A stretch of 64,000 nucleotides of DNA, from NCBI GenBank assembly GCA_002269645.1, contig NIVC01000751.1, positions 1 through 64,000 on the forward strand, given 5' to 3'. The position numbers were made by a program, and so were the translations under genes. Source of the DNA: Macrostomum lignano. Its lineage: Eukaryota. Position 1 is the first letter of the stretch, and every line of letters starts with the position of its first letter. Below are positions 38,601 through 56,559 of this stretch, piece after piece. The notes under the pieces are model-generated. The model ran no database searches and was not told where the DNA came from. It saw only the letters and a program-made list of their open reading frames with translations.

Positions 38601-41599
38601 AGGAATCATTGATGTGGGAGGGGCGATTTTCACAGAGGAATCATTGATTTGGGGTGATTTTTCCAAAGGAATCATTAATTAGGGGTGATTTTCCCAGAGG
38701 AATCATTGATAGGGGGAGATTTTCCCAAAGGAATCATAAATTGGGCGATTTTCTAATTATTTTTTCTACCTACTTAAGGTAGGCAGAGATTTTCGCTCTG
38801 AAATCGTTGGTGAGAGAGGCAGTTTTTCCGAGAGAAATCCATCAGAGGCAATTTTCTTCAATTGCATCGCTGCCCCCCCCCCCCCTCATTTCAGGTGCTG
38901 AAGGTGACCGGCCTAGTCAGGCCATTCACGCCCCAGCAGCTGCGTGAACTGCTGACTCGCTACGGCCAGCTCAAATCTCCTGACCCGCCGTCTGCAGCGG
39001 CGACAACGTCTGAGACGGCATCGGCTGATGCTGCAAACCCCTCTGATGCAGACGATGACAAACCTGCAGCTGCCAATAACAGTACGAATAAGCCTGTCCA
39101 GCCTGATCCTGTCTGGCTAGACCGAATCAAAACTCGCTGCTACGCTCATTTCAATTCTATTGAAGAGGCTAAAAAAGTACGCGAAGCCCTAGACAATTGT
39201 CGTTGGCCTAAGGGTAATTCGCGCGCTTTGAAAGTCGATTTCGCTTGCCAGTCTGAGATGGACTGGGCGAGGCAGCACGGCGACACGGCGCAGTCGGTGC
39301 CAAGGCGGCTGTTGAAGGCGTCCAGACTTGGTGAGGATGCGCTCAAAGCTGATGAGGCTGATCAGGTTGGCGCTGCTAATGATCGCGACGTTAGCGATGA
39401 TGAGGTGGTCGAGATTGAGGACAGCAGCAGCGAGGACGCCAGAGAGCCTCGGCGGAGGCGGAAATCTTCAACTAATTCGGCTGGCGACAAGAAGGCTGAA
39501 AGTGAGTGCTGTCATAACCCTCCCTGACCTCAGTTTGGTGTCATAACCCCTCCCTGACCTCAGTTTGGTGTCATAGCCCTTCCCTGACCTAAGTTTGGTG
39601 TCATAACCCCTCCCTGACCTCAGTTTGGTGTCATAACCCCTCCCTGACCTCAGTTTGGTGTCATAACCCCTCCCTGACCTCAGTTTGGTGTCATAACCCT
39701 CCCTGACCTCAGTTTAGTGTCATAACCCCTCCCTGACCTCAGTTTAGTGTCATAACCCCTCCCTGACCTCAGTTTGGTGTCATAACCCCTCCCTGACCTC
39801 AGTTTGGTGTCATAACCCCTCCCTGACCTCAGTTTAGTGTCATAACCCCTCCCTGACCTCAGTTTGGTGTCATAACCCCTCCCTGACCTCAGTTTGGTGT
39901 CATAACCCTCCCTGACCTCAGTTTGGTGTCATAACCCCTCCCTGACCTCAGTTTGGTGTCATAACCCCTCCCTGACCTCAGTTTGGTGTCATAAACCCTC
40001 CCTGACCTCAGTTTGGTGTCATAACCCCTCCCTGACCTCAGTTTAGTGTCATAACCCCTCTCTGACCTTTTTCTATTACTTCTACGTCAAGCAGGTTCCC
40101 TAGCCCCATTCTTAGAGCCGAGCCTAGTATAAGCTGTGAGCTGTATCACGTGACTAATTACCTCTCACCATGCCTGTTTATCAACAGAAGACGCTGAGCC
40201 GGGCACGCTTCTCGATCAGCTGTTTCGTAAAACCTGCACCACTCCGTTCATTTACTGGATGCCGCTGAACGACGAACAGGTGAGAGTGAACAGTTGTTAT
40301 TTGTGTTCTTGCTTGTCATCCTTCTGCTGCCTATAAATAACAATTCCTACTCCCATTAGAAATCTTTAAGTCTCGTTAGAATCCTTAATTTCCATTAAAA
40401 TCCTTAATGGGATTAGAAATCCCTAATCCCTATAAGATATCCTTAATCCCTCTTAAAAATCCTTAATCTTCATTATAAATCCTTAATCCTCATTAGAGAT
40501 ACCTAATCCCCATTAGAAATCATAAATCCTCATTAGAGATCCCTAATCGCAATTAGAAATCCTTAATCCTCATTAGAGATCTCTAATCCATATTAGAAAT
40601 CATTAATCCTCATTAGAGATCTCTAATCCCCATTAGAAATCATAAATCCTCATTAGAGATCCCTAATCCCCGTTAGAGATCCATAATCCGGATTTGAAAC
40701 TTCATGATCCTCATTCGAATTCTTTAATCCCCATTAGAAATCCTTAATCCTCAATAGAAATCCCTAATCCCCGTTAGAGATCCCTAATCCTGATTTGAAA
40801 CTTCATGGTCCTCATTCGAATTCTTTAATCCCCATTAGAAATCCTTAATCCTCAATAGAAATCCCTAATCCCCGTTAGAGATCCCTAATCCTGATTTGAA
40901 ACTTCATGATCCTCATTCGAATTCTTTAATCCCCATTAGAAATCCTTAATCCTCAATAGAAATCCCTAATCCCCGTTAGAGATCCCTAATCCTGATTTGA
41001 AACTTCATGGTCCTCATTCGAATTCTTTAATCCCCATTAGAAATCCTTAATCCTCAATAGAAATCCCTAATCCCCGTTAGAGATCCCGAATCCTGATTTG
41101 AAACCCCATAATCCTCATTCGAATTCCTTACTTTTCTTATTCCCTTGTAGAAAATCTTCTTTCCCATTAGCAAGCCTCATGTTACTTTGTTCAGCGCTTT
41201 ATAAGCTTTAATAATTCTTATTAGATAAAATCATTTCCAAGCGGTAGAATATTAGGCATTATCTGGAACTAGAAAAAAAAATTCTGTCATTTTACCCCTA
41301 GAAGCAAATCTTGCCACGTGCCCAACAGATTTTTAAGAGTGCCTCTGGTCCTAGCAAACAAAAGCAACTCCTAGCAACTCCGATTTGTGCATGTTCTATA
41401 TTTAGCTTCTGAAAAGAGAAAATACCAAGGGCTATGTTATAACGCCAACTTTTGGGGTACAATTCTTGGACCCTGGATGGACCCCTTTGAGGACAGCTGG
41501 GGACAGTCACCTGATTGTCACTATTTATTACGCCGGTATCATGGTTTCGTTGAACATGCGTATAGTTGGTTTTAATCACGTGATTGTGCTTAATACTGC

Positions 41600-41632
<33 letters not shown>

Positions 41633-42871
41633 GGTCCAGGGTCGCCTAAGATGCGGCTGCCTTAAGCATCATCGGTTTTTTTTTAATTTCATGTTATTAT
41701 TTCGTCAGTGTCTAAAAATATCTTTTTTTTCAGAAATGAATTACGAAAATGCCAATATATAAAATCTAATCAAATCAGATCAGAAGCTTTGTCTATGGTA
41801 GCGAGGTGCTTTTGTCATGCTGAAAATCCTCCATACGCTGCCCGCGTAGTCTATGGGCCTTAGTCTAAGTTGTCTATGGCTTTTTATCGCTTTGCCTGGC
41901 TTTTGCAGTCTATGGCCCATAGACTATTCTCAGTTAGGCTTTTAAAAGCTAAAAGTACAGTCCTTAATTAGAAGCTCCACAGAACCCCCCTTTTTGGGCC
42001 ATAGACACTAAAAAGCAAGCCTTCAAATAGCTTAATTTCTGCCCCGCTTAAATTAAAGTTTTTTTACCCTGGATTCTTCTAGCGTGTCTATAAAAAGAAA
42101 TTATATTTTTGTTTTAACACGACTGCAGCTCGTGTGATTTCTTCTGTATCTAGACTGGGTGTAGTACAGCTTTCTGAGTAAATTATGCTTTCCCTTTAAG
42201 TCTGCTTGCACTGGGCACTAAATGAGTCATAATACTTCATATTGTTGCCGTCTATGAAGGACGTGCTTGTTTGCTTCAGATGCTTTTCAATTTTATTTTA
42301 CGCAAAGTCTAAGACTGAAGTGTGGCGTCAGTTCCTAAAATATATCAGCTTCTTATTGTCGCAGAAATTCCTCTTTTAAATTACAAGAAGTTATACTGCT
42401 TATAATATGCGATATTCCTTACTCCGTTACTCCTGATTCTCAATCTGAGCCTCATTCCCAAATCGGAAATCCCCAGATTCCCCATTCAGAAATCCGCAAA
42501 TTCCCCAATTAGAAATTCCCGATTTCCCAGTTCAAAAATCCCTAAATTCCGCACTCAGAAATCCAAAAATTTCAAAATTCAGAAATCCCAAAATTCCCAA
42601 TTCAGAAATCCCCAAATCTTTCAATCGAAAATGCCTAAATTCACTTTCCAAATCCCAATCGAATCTCCAGGTGAAGAATCGCCAACGCCAATCGAAAGAA
42701 GCCGACAACGCTGCCGGATCTGCGGCGGCGGCGCCAACTGGCCAGCGGCGCTATACCCGGCTTAACTTGGGCGCCGGCGCCGGCGGCAACGCCGCGGGCA
42801 GACGCGGCCGCACCAGCCGAAGCCGCAGTCGAGGAGGCGATCGAGACCGCGACAGGCGGAACCGTCGCTAA
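35685..42871 (+). CDS. ACIN1: Acinus (ASAP/EJC-associated splicing factor), ~620 aa; exons 35685(or 35705)-36002, 36727-36892, 37279-37433, 37763-38086, 38895-39501, 40188-40279, 42671-42871
   Basis: RRGAWG and ITSKVLDKLLPD motifs; RRM VTGLVRPFTPQQLRELL...WLDRIKTRCY...WPKGNSRALKVDFA; RSB motif LLDQLFRKTCTTPFIYWMPL; RS/RD tail. Phases are consistent; the 5' end is uncertain. Confidence 0.9.
36225..36545. repeat. Repeat of CCATAGCAAC (X-box half-site) units in ACIN1 intron 1
   Basis: Direct reading. Confidence 0.85.
36930..37260. repeat. 31-bp minisatellite in ACIN1 intron 2
   Basis: ATGTACACACAGCCCCACCTCACTTCCYGCA, about 10 copies. Confidence 0.95.
38260..38750. repeat. Degenerate repeat (GCGATTTTCACAGAGGAATCATTGAT) in ACIN1 intron 4
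   Basis: Direct reading. Confidence 0.85.
39520..40068. repeat. 30-bp minisatellite in ACIN1 intron 5 (TGTCATAACCCCTCCCTGACCTCAGTTTGG)
   Basis: About 18 copies. Confidence 0.95.
40390..41125. repeat. ~20-bp AT-rich monomers grading into a 101-bp higher-order repeat, ACIN1 intron 6
   Basis: CGTTAGAGAT recurs at 40671, 40772, 40873, 40974 and 41075. Confidence 0.85.
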
Positions 42872-45049
42872 AATAATGGGATATGAGTCATAAAAAATGC
42901 TTTAGTAATAAAATATGCAGTCTCGTTGGGTAGTAGTAATTTTTATAAATAGAATCTTGGCCTAGTTGTTGTTTTATTACTTTGAACCCAACTAAATGTA
43001 CTTTTGGTATCAGTTTAAGGCACAATGATTTTTGTTTGGGGAATTTTTTGTCCCTATAGTAGCCCTTTCGTATGCCCTACCATGTTATCCTATGACCTTA
43101 AATATCCTCAACTTATCCCATTAATTCTCAATTCATCCCATTAATACCCATTTTATCCCTATGATCCTCAACTTATCCCTATGATCCTGAATTTATCCCA
43201 ATAATTCTCTATTCCTTTATATCCTTTAGCCTCTCTTAAGCTGCGTTTACTAAGATTTGATTGATACTTACAGAGGCTTAAGTAAGTTGTGCGTTCATTT
43301 TTGTACTTTTAATTAAATCCGTAGTTGCTGGGCTTGGGTGTCTTTTTCCTAAATGTATAGCTATGGTAAATAATAACTAATCTAAGCATTCTTATTCTAC
43401 TGCACTGCTATGCAAGTTTCAAAATTTAGTTTTTTTTTGCATTCATCTTTGCCTGCTGTTGTATTTTTATAATACGTAACTGCTATTCCTGAAAATAATT
43501 AAAAAATATCGTTTCTATCTGTATAAATTAATGTTCTAATACGTTATTTATTAATATCAATTAATTTGGCGTCCTAGTTATTAGTTTGTATCTTGAATAA
43601 AAATATCGCTTTTTTAGTGGCTAGGTAGATTAGTAAGTTAAGCCCTTATAAATCCCAAAGCTAAAATATCCCAATTCTCGATTGTGCTCATTTTATATCC
43701 CTTATCCCAACACTATATAATATCCCTAATCCCAACACTATGATATCCCTAATCCCAACCTATAATATCCCTAATCCCAACACAAGATCATCGCGTATCA
43801 GAAGTGCATTAATTACGTTTTCATTTGCTCTCATTTTTTATTCTTTAAAATGTAATAATTTGGTCGGAAAATCGTTGAACTTGTGTAAGTCTTAAATCTG
43901 CTTGCAACTTCAAAATTTATTAAAAACTATTTGTAGCAGACAGTCATCTTTTGTATGTATTGTTTGTTTGACGTACTAGGAATGTATGCTTGTGTAGCCC
44001 GCTGAGCTTACAGTAATCCGATCGTTTATATAGTTGTGGTAAAACAGCCCTGCAAAGCAGCAACCATTTTATTTGCATTCGTGTACCAATTAATATTTGT
44101 TGAAAAAACCTACTAAATTAGAAACATAAGAAACAAATCCTTGCACAGTCGCCGCTGCCGTATATAATTATATACGATTCACGTGAATTGTCGATCCTGT
44201 GACGTAATGAATCAGTATGACTCCTGTTTGCCTTAGTTATTTTCACTTGACTACTAGTACTATAATTAGTATAATTATTAGAAATTATTTGTGTCACAAT
44301 ATATAACAAAAATGGCTAAGTTTTGTATTATCAGGTCATAGAATCAGTAATGAAATATATTGAAAACCTGTTTTAGTTTTCTGTTTACATATAACGTACG
44401 CACGTTGCCTAGGTGTAGATAGATAACTAACCATTGGAATTCCTTTGTACAGTTAGTTCAGTTAGTGTTGAGTTGCGGCCAAGGAATCTCTGCCCTGGAA
44501 CACATTCCCCCCCCATGTACTTAGTTGGGTTGTTCAGTCACGGTTAGAAATCTCTGCCCTGGAACCCATTTCCCCACCCATTAGTTAAACAAATAGAGCG
44601 GCCCAAGCCAGGAGGCTTTCGTTGGAGGGGTGTAGGTTTTATGGGCCTCGCGTAGGGGGGGGAGAGAAATAAAACAAGTTCAATGTACATTTGCGGGTGT
44701 GTACATTCCCGATACCTCTTCACTCTTCTGTCCTAATTTTTCCGGAAAACCCACGGGAAATCCAATTTCTGACTGGCAGTGAAGCGATTATATTATAAAA
44801 CGCATGAAACTGCGGCGTGGCAGAGAAAAGCACAGCGCTGTAATAAAACATTTGAAACCTTTACTAGAAAATTCTTCCTACATCGTTCCCGTCTAATTGG
44901 TAATAATTTCAGCCGCCGATAAGCCGCTGTAACAAATCAACCAGAAAGAAATCTATTAAAGACCGGTTCAACGTTTCCGCTTTTAGACTGCAGTCTCTAA
45001 GGAGACTCTGTCTTAAGTAATTTTGACGCGACTTTCGAATCCAAGCGAA

Positions 45050-49557
<4,508 letters not shown>

Positions 49558-49614
49558 GGGGACCGGCTGGTCCTTTGCTGATGCTTTTACTGTAGGAGTC
49601 ATTTTCAGGGGACT

Positions 49615-50860
49615 TGGTCGGTCCTGAACTACCCATGAGAATCCGTCCTGAACTACCCATGAGAATCGGACCTGAACTACCCATGAGACTCGGTCCGGAG
49701 CTACCCATGAGACTCGGTCCTGAACTACCCATGAGAATCGGTCCTGAACTACCCATGAGAATCGGTCCTGAACTACCCATGAGAATCGGTCCTGAACTAC
49801 CCATGAGAATCGGTCCTGAATCACCCATGAGAATCGGTCCTGAATCACCCATGAGAATCGGTCCTGAACTACCCATGAGAATCGGTCCTGAATCACCCAT
49901 GAGAATCGGTCCTGAATCACCCATGAGAATCGGTCCTGAATCACCCATGAGAATCGGTCCTGAATCACCCATGAGAATCGGTCCTGAATCACCCATGAGA
50001 ATCGGTCCTGAATCACCCATGAGAATCGGTCCTGAACTACCCATGAGAATCGGTCCTGAATCACCCATGAGAATCGGTCCTGAATCACCCATGAGAATCG
50101 GTCCTGAATCACCCATGAGAATCGGTCCTGAACTACCCATGAGAATCGGTCCTGAATCACCCATGAGAATCGGTCCTGAATCACCCATGAGAATCGGTCC
50201 TGAATCACCCATGAGAATCGGTCCTGAACTACCCATGAGAATCGGTCCTGAACTACCCATGAGAATCGGTCCTGAATCACCCATAAGAATCGGTCCTGAA
50301 TCACCCATGAGAATCGGTCCTGAATCACCCATGAGAATCGGTCCTGAATCACCCATGAGAATCGGTCCTGAATCACCCATGAGAATCGGTCCTGAATCAC
50401 CCATGAGAATCGGTCCTGAACTACCCATGAGAATCGGTCCTGAATCACCCATGAGAATCGGTCCTGAATCACCCATGAGAATCGCCCTGCACTACTCATG
50501 AGAATCGGTCCTGAACTACACATGAGAATCGGTCCTGAATTACACATGAGAATCGGTCCTGAATTACACATGAGAATTGGTCCTGAATTACACATGAGAA
50601 TCGGTCCTGAACTACCCATGAGAATCGGTCCTGAATCACCCATGAGAATCGGTCCTGAACTACCCATGAGAATCGGTCCTGAATCACCCATGAGAATCGG
50701 TCCTGAATCACCCATGAGAATCGGTCCTGAATCACCCATGAGAATCGGTCCTGAACACCCATGAGAATCGCCATGAATCACCCATGAGAATTGCCCTGAA
50801 CTACCCATGAGAATCGCCCTGAACTACCCATGAGAATCGCCATGAATCACCCCTGAGAAT
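49615..50860. repeat. 21-bp minisatellite 3' of GADD45 (ATGAGAATCGGTCCTGAA[TC/CT]ACCC)
   Basis: About 58 copies. Confidence 0.95.
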
Positions 50861-51704
50861 CGCCTCCGGCTCAGCTTGAGCAGAACGGCTTCCTGTGCCA
50901 TAAGATTAGGTCAATTGTTTTGCCTATATTATAAATGTGCCCTCCTTGATTTTACAGTTTTTTGTAAATCGTTTGCTACCTGTCTGCTTGTGTTTTACAC
51001 TGTACATACCTGCGCTTGATAGCGGCTGAAAGCGCTTGCGTATTTTATAATTATCCTAATAATTAAAAAAAATTAAATTCATTGCGAACCGCGTGCCTTC
51101 CCAGTTCGGAAATCTGTTTTTTATCTAATTATGCAACAGGCAGGGTCTCAATAAAAGCATGTGGACAAATGGACGAATCTAAATATGAAATATGAATTTG
51201 AACGTTTAATTTATCTTGCGTTGCTAATTTCGGATTTTTCTTCTTTATATTTCTACTGCCCTCAGTAGCCTGATGCGCATATGCCCAGCTAAAAGCGGAG
51301 CGCCAATTGCTAGTGGCAGCTTACTAAAAATAGCAACAGACTCTGGTTCGGAAAACGATGCCCGAATTCTATTGCTTCGGTTTAGGCAGGCGGCATGCAA
51401 AATAGAATTGGACTGTTTTTAAGGATTCGCAATGCTGCAACAATGTCTTTATTATCTTTGATTTTGTTGTTTATGGATTAATTTTTCTTTGTTAGTTCTT
51501 CATCTGTGCGTGACATGAAAATATTGTGTTTTCTAGATCTCCAGAAGCTCAACCAATCAGCGCCTAGCTAGAATTCAATCGATTGAAGGGGGTTCAAAGA
51601 AGGTAGAAAGTCTTATCAATTAATGTACATCTAATTGTGTATGGTATACTTTCTCGCCCTAATTAATAAATGTCTCACTGTATGTACGTTTGTACTCGTA
51701 TGTA

Positions 51705-52050
51705 CGTGCTTTCCCCTCGCACACCGACCCCTCTGCATGTACATCTGTATGTACAGTGCTTTCCCCTCGCACACCGACCCCTCTGCATGTACATCTGTAT
51801 GTACAGTGCTTTCCCCTCGCACACCGACCCCTCTGCATGTACATCTGTATGTACAGTGCTTTCCCCTCGCACACCGACCCCTCTGCGTGTACATCTGTAC
51901 GTACAGTGCTTTCCCCTCTCGCCCCCAACCCCTAGCTACATGTAAATCTGTACGTACAGTGCTTTCCCCTCTCGCCCCAACCCCTCTGCATGTACATCTG
52001 TATGTACAGTGCTTTCCTCTGCACTCCACCCCGACTGCATGTACATCTGC
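51705..52050. repeat. 50-bp tandem repeat
   Basis: ACACCGACCC at 51721, 51771, 51821 and 51871. Confidence 0.9.
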
Positions 52051-53129
52051 ATGCACAATTCTTTCCGCATGCTAAATTTAAATTCATGCTTTCCCGATGC
52101 CAAAACGCAGCAGGTACCGACTGTAGGTGTTTAATAAAAACAACAGGTGCTCGTTAAGAAGACAGATGGTAGGCTTTGAGCAACCGTCAGGTCAGCCATT
52201 CGACGCGACAGAGTTGGACGCTTAGTCACGCAATGATAAACAAAAACTGTTGGCAAATGTCTGATTTCCCATTTGTGATCCGACAGATGGTGACAGACGA
52301 ATACGGGGGGGGGGCTACGCGGTGATGAAAGGCAAAAAAATTATCTGCTGCTTTTTCACGAATTGCTTTGTGCGTGGAAAATCGTCAAAGGGTTTGTTGT
52401 GTTGCTTTTGTGCTTCTTCTTTAGCCTTTATATCGTTTGCCGGATGGTAGGTGATGGATTTTTTACATCTAATGGCTTCTTTTGATATAAGCTCGTAGAT
52501 GCATTTATATGGATGTCCGACATGTGCTGAGATCATGGCCTCTTTCATACTGATATTTTGAGTGCACTGTACTGACCATAGACTATTTTGACTGGCGTGT
52601 GGCTGCGCCTTCACTCTATGAAGGTCCGATCAAGGACTTGGGCAACGCTTACGGAAAATCAATAGAAACAAATCCCAGTTCAAAACATTCTGCCACCGAA
52701 GCAAGGTTTAGCCATAGACAAAATTTTCCCCAGTCTGAAATGAATTTCCGCTAGTTTTTTTAGAACTGGACTTTGATCAACATTGAACGTGAAAAGGTGT
52801 ATTAAATTCCAGCACAAGGACCACTAAAGTCACTTCGTCACTTCGAATGACTTAAGTTGTCCTTGTTCCAGCAGCCAATGAAATTCATGGGGGGGGGAAT
52901 ATCCCAATTTTTAGGAAGCCTTGGCCATAGGCTCTTTCAGGTGAGCGATCCTTTCTATTCCTTCATCCATGTGTAAACTCCCTGCAGTTCTTGAAGGTGG
53001 CTCTTTTTCTGTTAAATTTTGGGTGGCTGGATGAGAAATGTCTATGGGGGAAATCCAACATACATTGCTCAGAAAGTGAAATAAAGAAGGCGGTAGGCCT
53101 TCCTTTTCTACATGGGAATCGTACGGAAG

Positions 53130-53412
53130 CCTGAAATTCAAAATTACTGGGCTCGCCTTGCCAATTCCCATCGCCTCGCCAAGTTCCTCCTTGAACACAG
53201 CACTCTACTGCCGGCCGGGACCATTCGTTGCAACCGAGGCGTCCATGCAGATGCCGACGCCGGCACCATCGCATTGCTACAACTGTCAAAGTGTCAGACA
53301 GGAAGGCAAGCGGTTTGAAAACGCTAGTTCATTTACCTTGATTGACACATTCGGTACCTCGATGCAGAGATGCAATCGAAATGGCAGGAGCAAACGCACC
53401 ATAAACATCTAG
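53130..53412 (+). mobile_element. Possible degraded Merlin/IS1595-like transposase N-terminal remnant
   Basis: RLAKFLLEHSTLLPAGTIRCNRG and QRCNRNGRSKRTINI (different frames) loosely recall the Merlin zinc-ribbon region; weak. Confidence 0.2.
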
Positions 53413-53689
53413 ATTAGAAAGTCTGTGGGGGCTCAGTAGTCAGCAGAATCACCCAGTCTGTCTGAAATTTTTTGAACTCGGGTCAGCCGGATTAACAGTT
53501 TCTTTTTCGAAACTTCTAGAGACCTTTGAAGTCAGAAATCAGTGCCTGCCTTGCTACATGCAGTCAGTTAACAGCTTTTCGCTAAGTTCAGCACTTGCTT
53601 GGGTGTTGATGAGGAGGCCTGATACTTGAACAGCATCCACTGTCGCACTTTTCCCGATAATTTATTGATTCGCATCTCAAAATCTCGCC

Positions 53690-54160
53690 TCCAATCCTCT
53701 CCCATCTCAAAATCTATCAACTCCCATCCTTATCTCCCATCTCCATCTCCTGTCTCTCATCTCCCATTTTCACCTCCCATCTCTCATCTCCCATTTCTCA
53801 ATTCTCATCCTCAGATCCATTCTGTCATCTCCCATCTTCATCTTCTATCTTTCATCATCAATCTCTAATCTCCCATCCCTTAACTCTCATACTCAGATCC
53901 AATCTGTCATATCCTATCTGTCATCTCCCATCTCTCAACTCTCATCCTCATCTCCAATCTCTTATCTCCCATCTCTCATCTGACATCTCTCAACTTTCAT
54001 CCCCAGTTCCAATATTTCATCTCTTATCTCTTAACTCCCATCGCTCATTGTCAATATCTCATAGCTTACATCTCCGAAATCTAACTTTCTGTCTCTGATC
54101 TTCCACCTCTAATGTCTCGCATCCAGTCTTTCATCTCTTATCTCCAATCTCACCCTATTC
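53690..54160. repeat. Degenerate CT-rich low-complexity tract
   Basis: CTCCCATCTC-like units. Confidence 0.75.
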
Positions 54161-54724
54161 CCCACCGGGCTGGCAATTAACAAAGGCGCAGTTGTCAAGT
54201 ACTCAAGCCTTCAGATTTATTTGCATTAATAAATTCTAGAAACGCGCGGATCGAATGAATAACAGTAAATGGACATTCGCCTGTCAGAAAATATTGCAGC
54301 CCTGGTTATTCGAGCAGTTCAAAGCGATTCCCAGGTTGCAATCGCTAAAGCAAGCAAAAGAAGCCAATAAAGAACGAAAAAGAAAAATCGGAACAAAAAC
54401 AGAAGAACAGATTCGCATAGAGTCTTATTGTCAAAGTATTCTTGTCCTCGGAGTAGACTTGACAATTAAAATAGCTGTTTATGTGTACACGGCATTGTGG
54501 GGGTGAAAATAGTCTGACTTTATTGCGAACTCCAATTGAAAAAAAACGTTATTACACAGGTTAAAACAGAGTTTTCTTTAACTACGAGTTTGTCAAGCCA
54601 GTGTTGCTATAGCAACGTTCTTTGTTATTTTTAATGCGTAGGTTTATCACCTTAGCAAAGGAGGCTGTTTGTTAAGGTACATGTAAGTAACAGGGCCTAC
54701 AAACTGTTTTTACCTACTGAGATT

Positions 54725-55245
54725 TACCCTAGCAACGCGGGACTTTTTATTTAGCTACGATGGTTACCATAGCAACCGGGGACTTTCCATTTAGCTACGA
54801 TGGTTACCATAGCAACCGGGGACTTTCCATTTAGCTACGATGGTTACCATAGCAACGCGGGACCTTTTATTTAGCTACGATGGTTACCATAGCAACGCGG
54901 GACCTTATTTAGCTACGATGGTTACCATAGCAACCGGGGACTTTTTATTTAGCTACGGTGGTTACCATAGCAACCGGGGACTTTTCATTTAGCTACGATG
55001 GTTACCATAGCAACGCGGGACTTTATTTAGCTACGATGGTTACCATAGCAACGCGGGACTTTATTTAGCTACGATGGTTACCATAGCAACACAGGACTTT
55101 ATTTAGCTACGATGGTTACCATAGCAACGCGGGACCTTATTTAGCTACGATGGTTACCATAGCAACGGGGGAATTTTTATTTAGCTACAATTGTTACCTT
55201 AGCAACCGGGGACATTCTGTTTAGCTACGGAGGTTACCTAGGAAT
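54725..55245. repeat. 38-40-bp minisatellite, each unit carrying an RFX X-box GTTACCATAGCAAC
   Basis: Perfect motif at 54763, 54803, 54843, 54883, 54921, 54961, 55001, 55039, 55077, 55115 and 55153. Confidence 0.92.
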
Positions 55246-55689
55246 CGTATTTCCTTACCAAGAGCGCTTTTGCCATTTAAGCCTGGAACAGCCAACTCAA
55301 GCCAATAAAATTTCACACGAAACAGAAGTGCCTCCGTTGTAAGTTATAAACTTGTGCTGTAAAAAATCGTTGCTGCTGACAACAAAAAACACGGCGTGAA
55401 CTGTACAGAGAAATAGGCGCAGCTTCAGTGAATGCAGATGATGTCTGTCCAATGACGCTCAATGACAAAATTGCGAGGCAAATTTACAAGCAAGTATTTT
55501 AGTAAACACAGTCAACATGCGTATGAGGTTGCGTTTCGGACTGGCGTGCTGTCAGCATGGTCTGATTCTCTATGGCTCCCCTAGAGTCAGTATTCATTTT
55601 GGTGTGGGATTCCCTATTTAATTTGGAATTTCCCTTTTATTTACTTCGACATTTATCCCTTCAATTTAGGATTCTCCTTGATTCAGGGT

Positions 55690-56030
55690 TCTAATTTAGG
55701 TTTTCCCCTTTGGGTTTGGGATTCTAATTTTGGTTCTAATTTTGGTCTGGGACTCCCCTTTTTTGCTTGGGATTCTAATTTTGGTTTGGGATTCCCCTTT
55801 GGTTTAGGATTCTCTTTTGGCTTTGGATTCCCCTTTTGTTTTGGAGTCTCTTTTGGTATGGGATTCCCCTTTGGTTTGGAATTATTCTTTGGTTTGGGGT
55901 TCTCTTTTGGTTTGGGATTCCCCTTTGGTTTAGGATTCTCTTTTGGCTTTGGATTCCCCTTTTGTTTTGGAGTCTCTTCTGGTATGGGATTCCCCTTTGG
56001 TTTGGAGTCTCTTTTGGTTTTTAATTTTCC
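55690..56030. repeat. Degenerate 18-bp repeat (TTTGGTTTGGGATTCCCC)
   Basis: Direct reading. Confidence 0.8.
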
Positions 56031-56559
56031 TTTATGGGGCGCTTTCCAACTCTCAATGTCATTCAATGAGTTGATGTCACCAGGGCACAGACTTGGAGCA
56101 TTAACGCTCCTCAAGCTCCCAGACTAAGCTGGGTGATCTACTTTAGGGAGCTAGCTTGCCCAGATACTTTGCAAATGGCATTTTTGACGTTAATACGCGG
56201 AGGCTTGTCAGAGAGAAATGATAGATCACATAAGCATGGCGACCTCTCAGACCTGGGGAGGTCAGGCAGGTGCACCTGTCCTAGCAGAGCATTGATGCGT
56301 GCGCAAAACCAAACAGGATTGGATTGAATTCTAACTAGCAGGTAGCAGGTGTGCTGGAATTTTAGCAAACAAACCGGCGAATTGGGAAAAAAAGAAAAAA
56401 ATTAAAAGCTATCAATTTAAAAAATATCTTCCTTTGCTAAACAGATCCCCATTTGCAATCCAGAAGTGGGATGGTTTACCTGTCTGGACAACAAACGACT
56501 AAAAAAGGGATTTGCTGAATTAATCGAAACGGATTTCCCCCTACTAATCAAATGGATTT

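Noticed and set aside
52315-52614. Minus-strand 99-aa ORF with faint MULE-like HPxxxxxI pattern
   Set aside because: Too weak to call without a profile search
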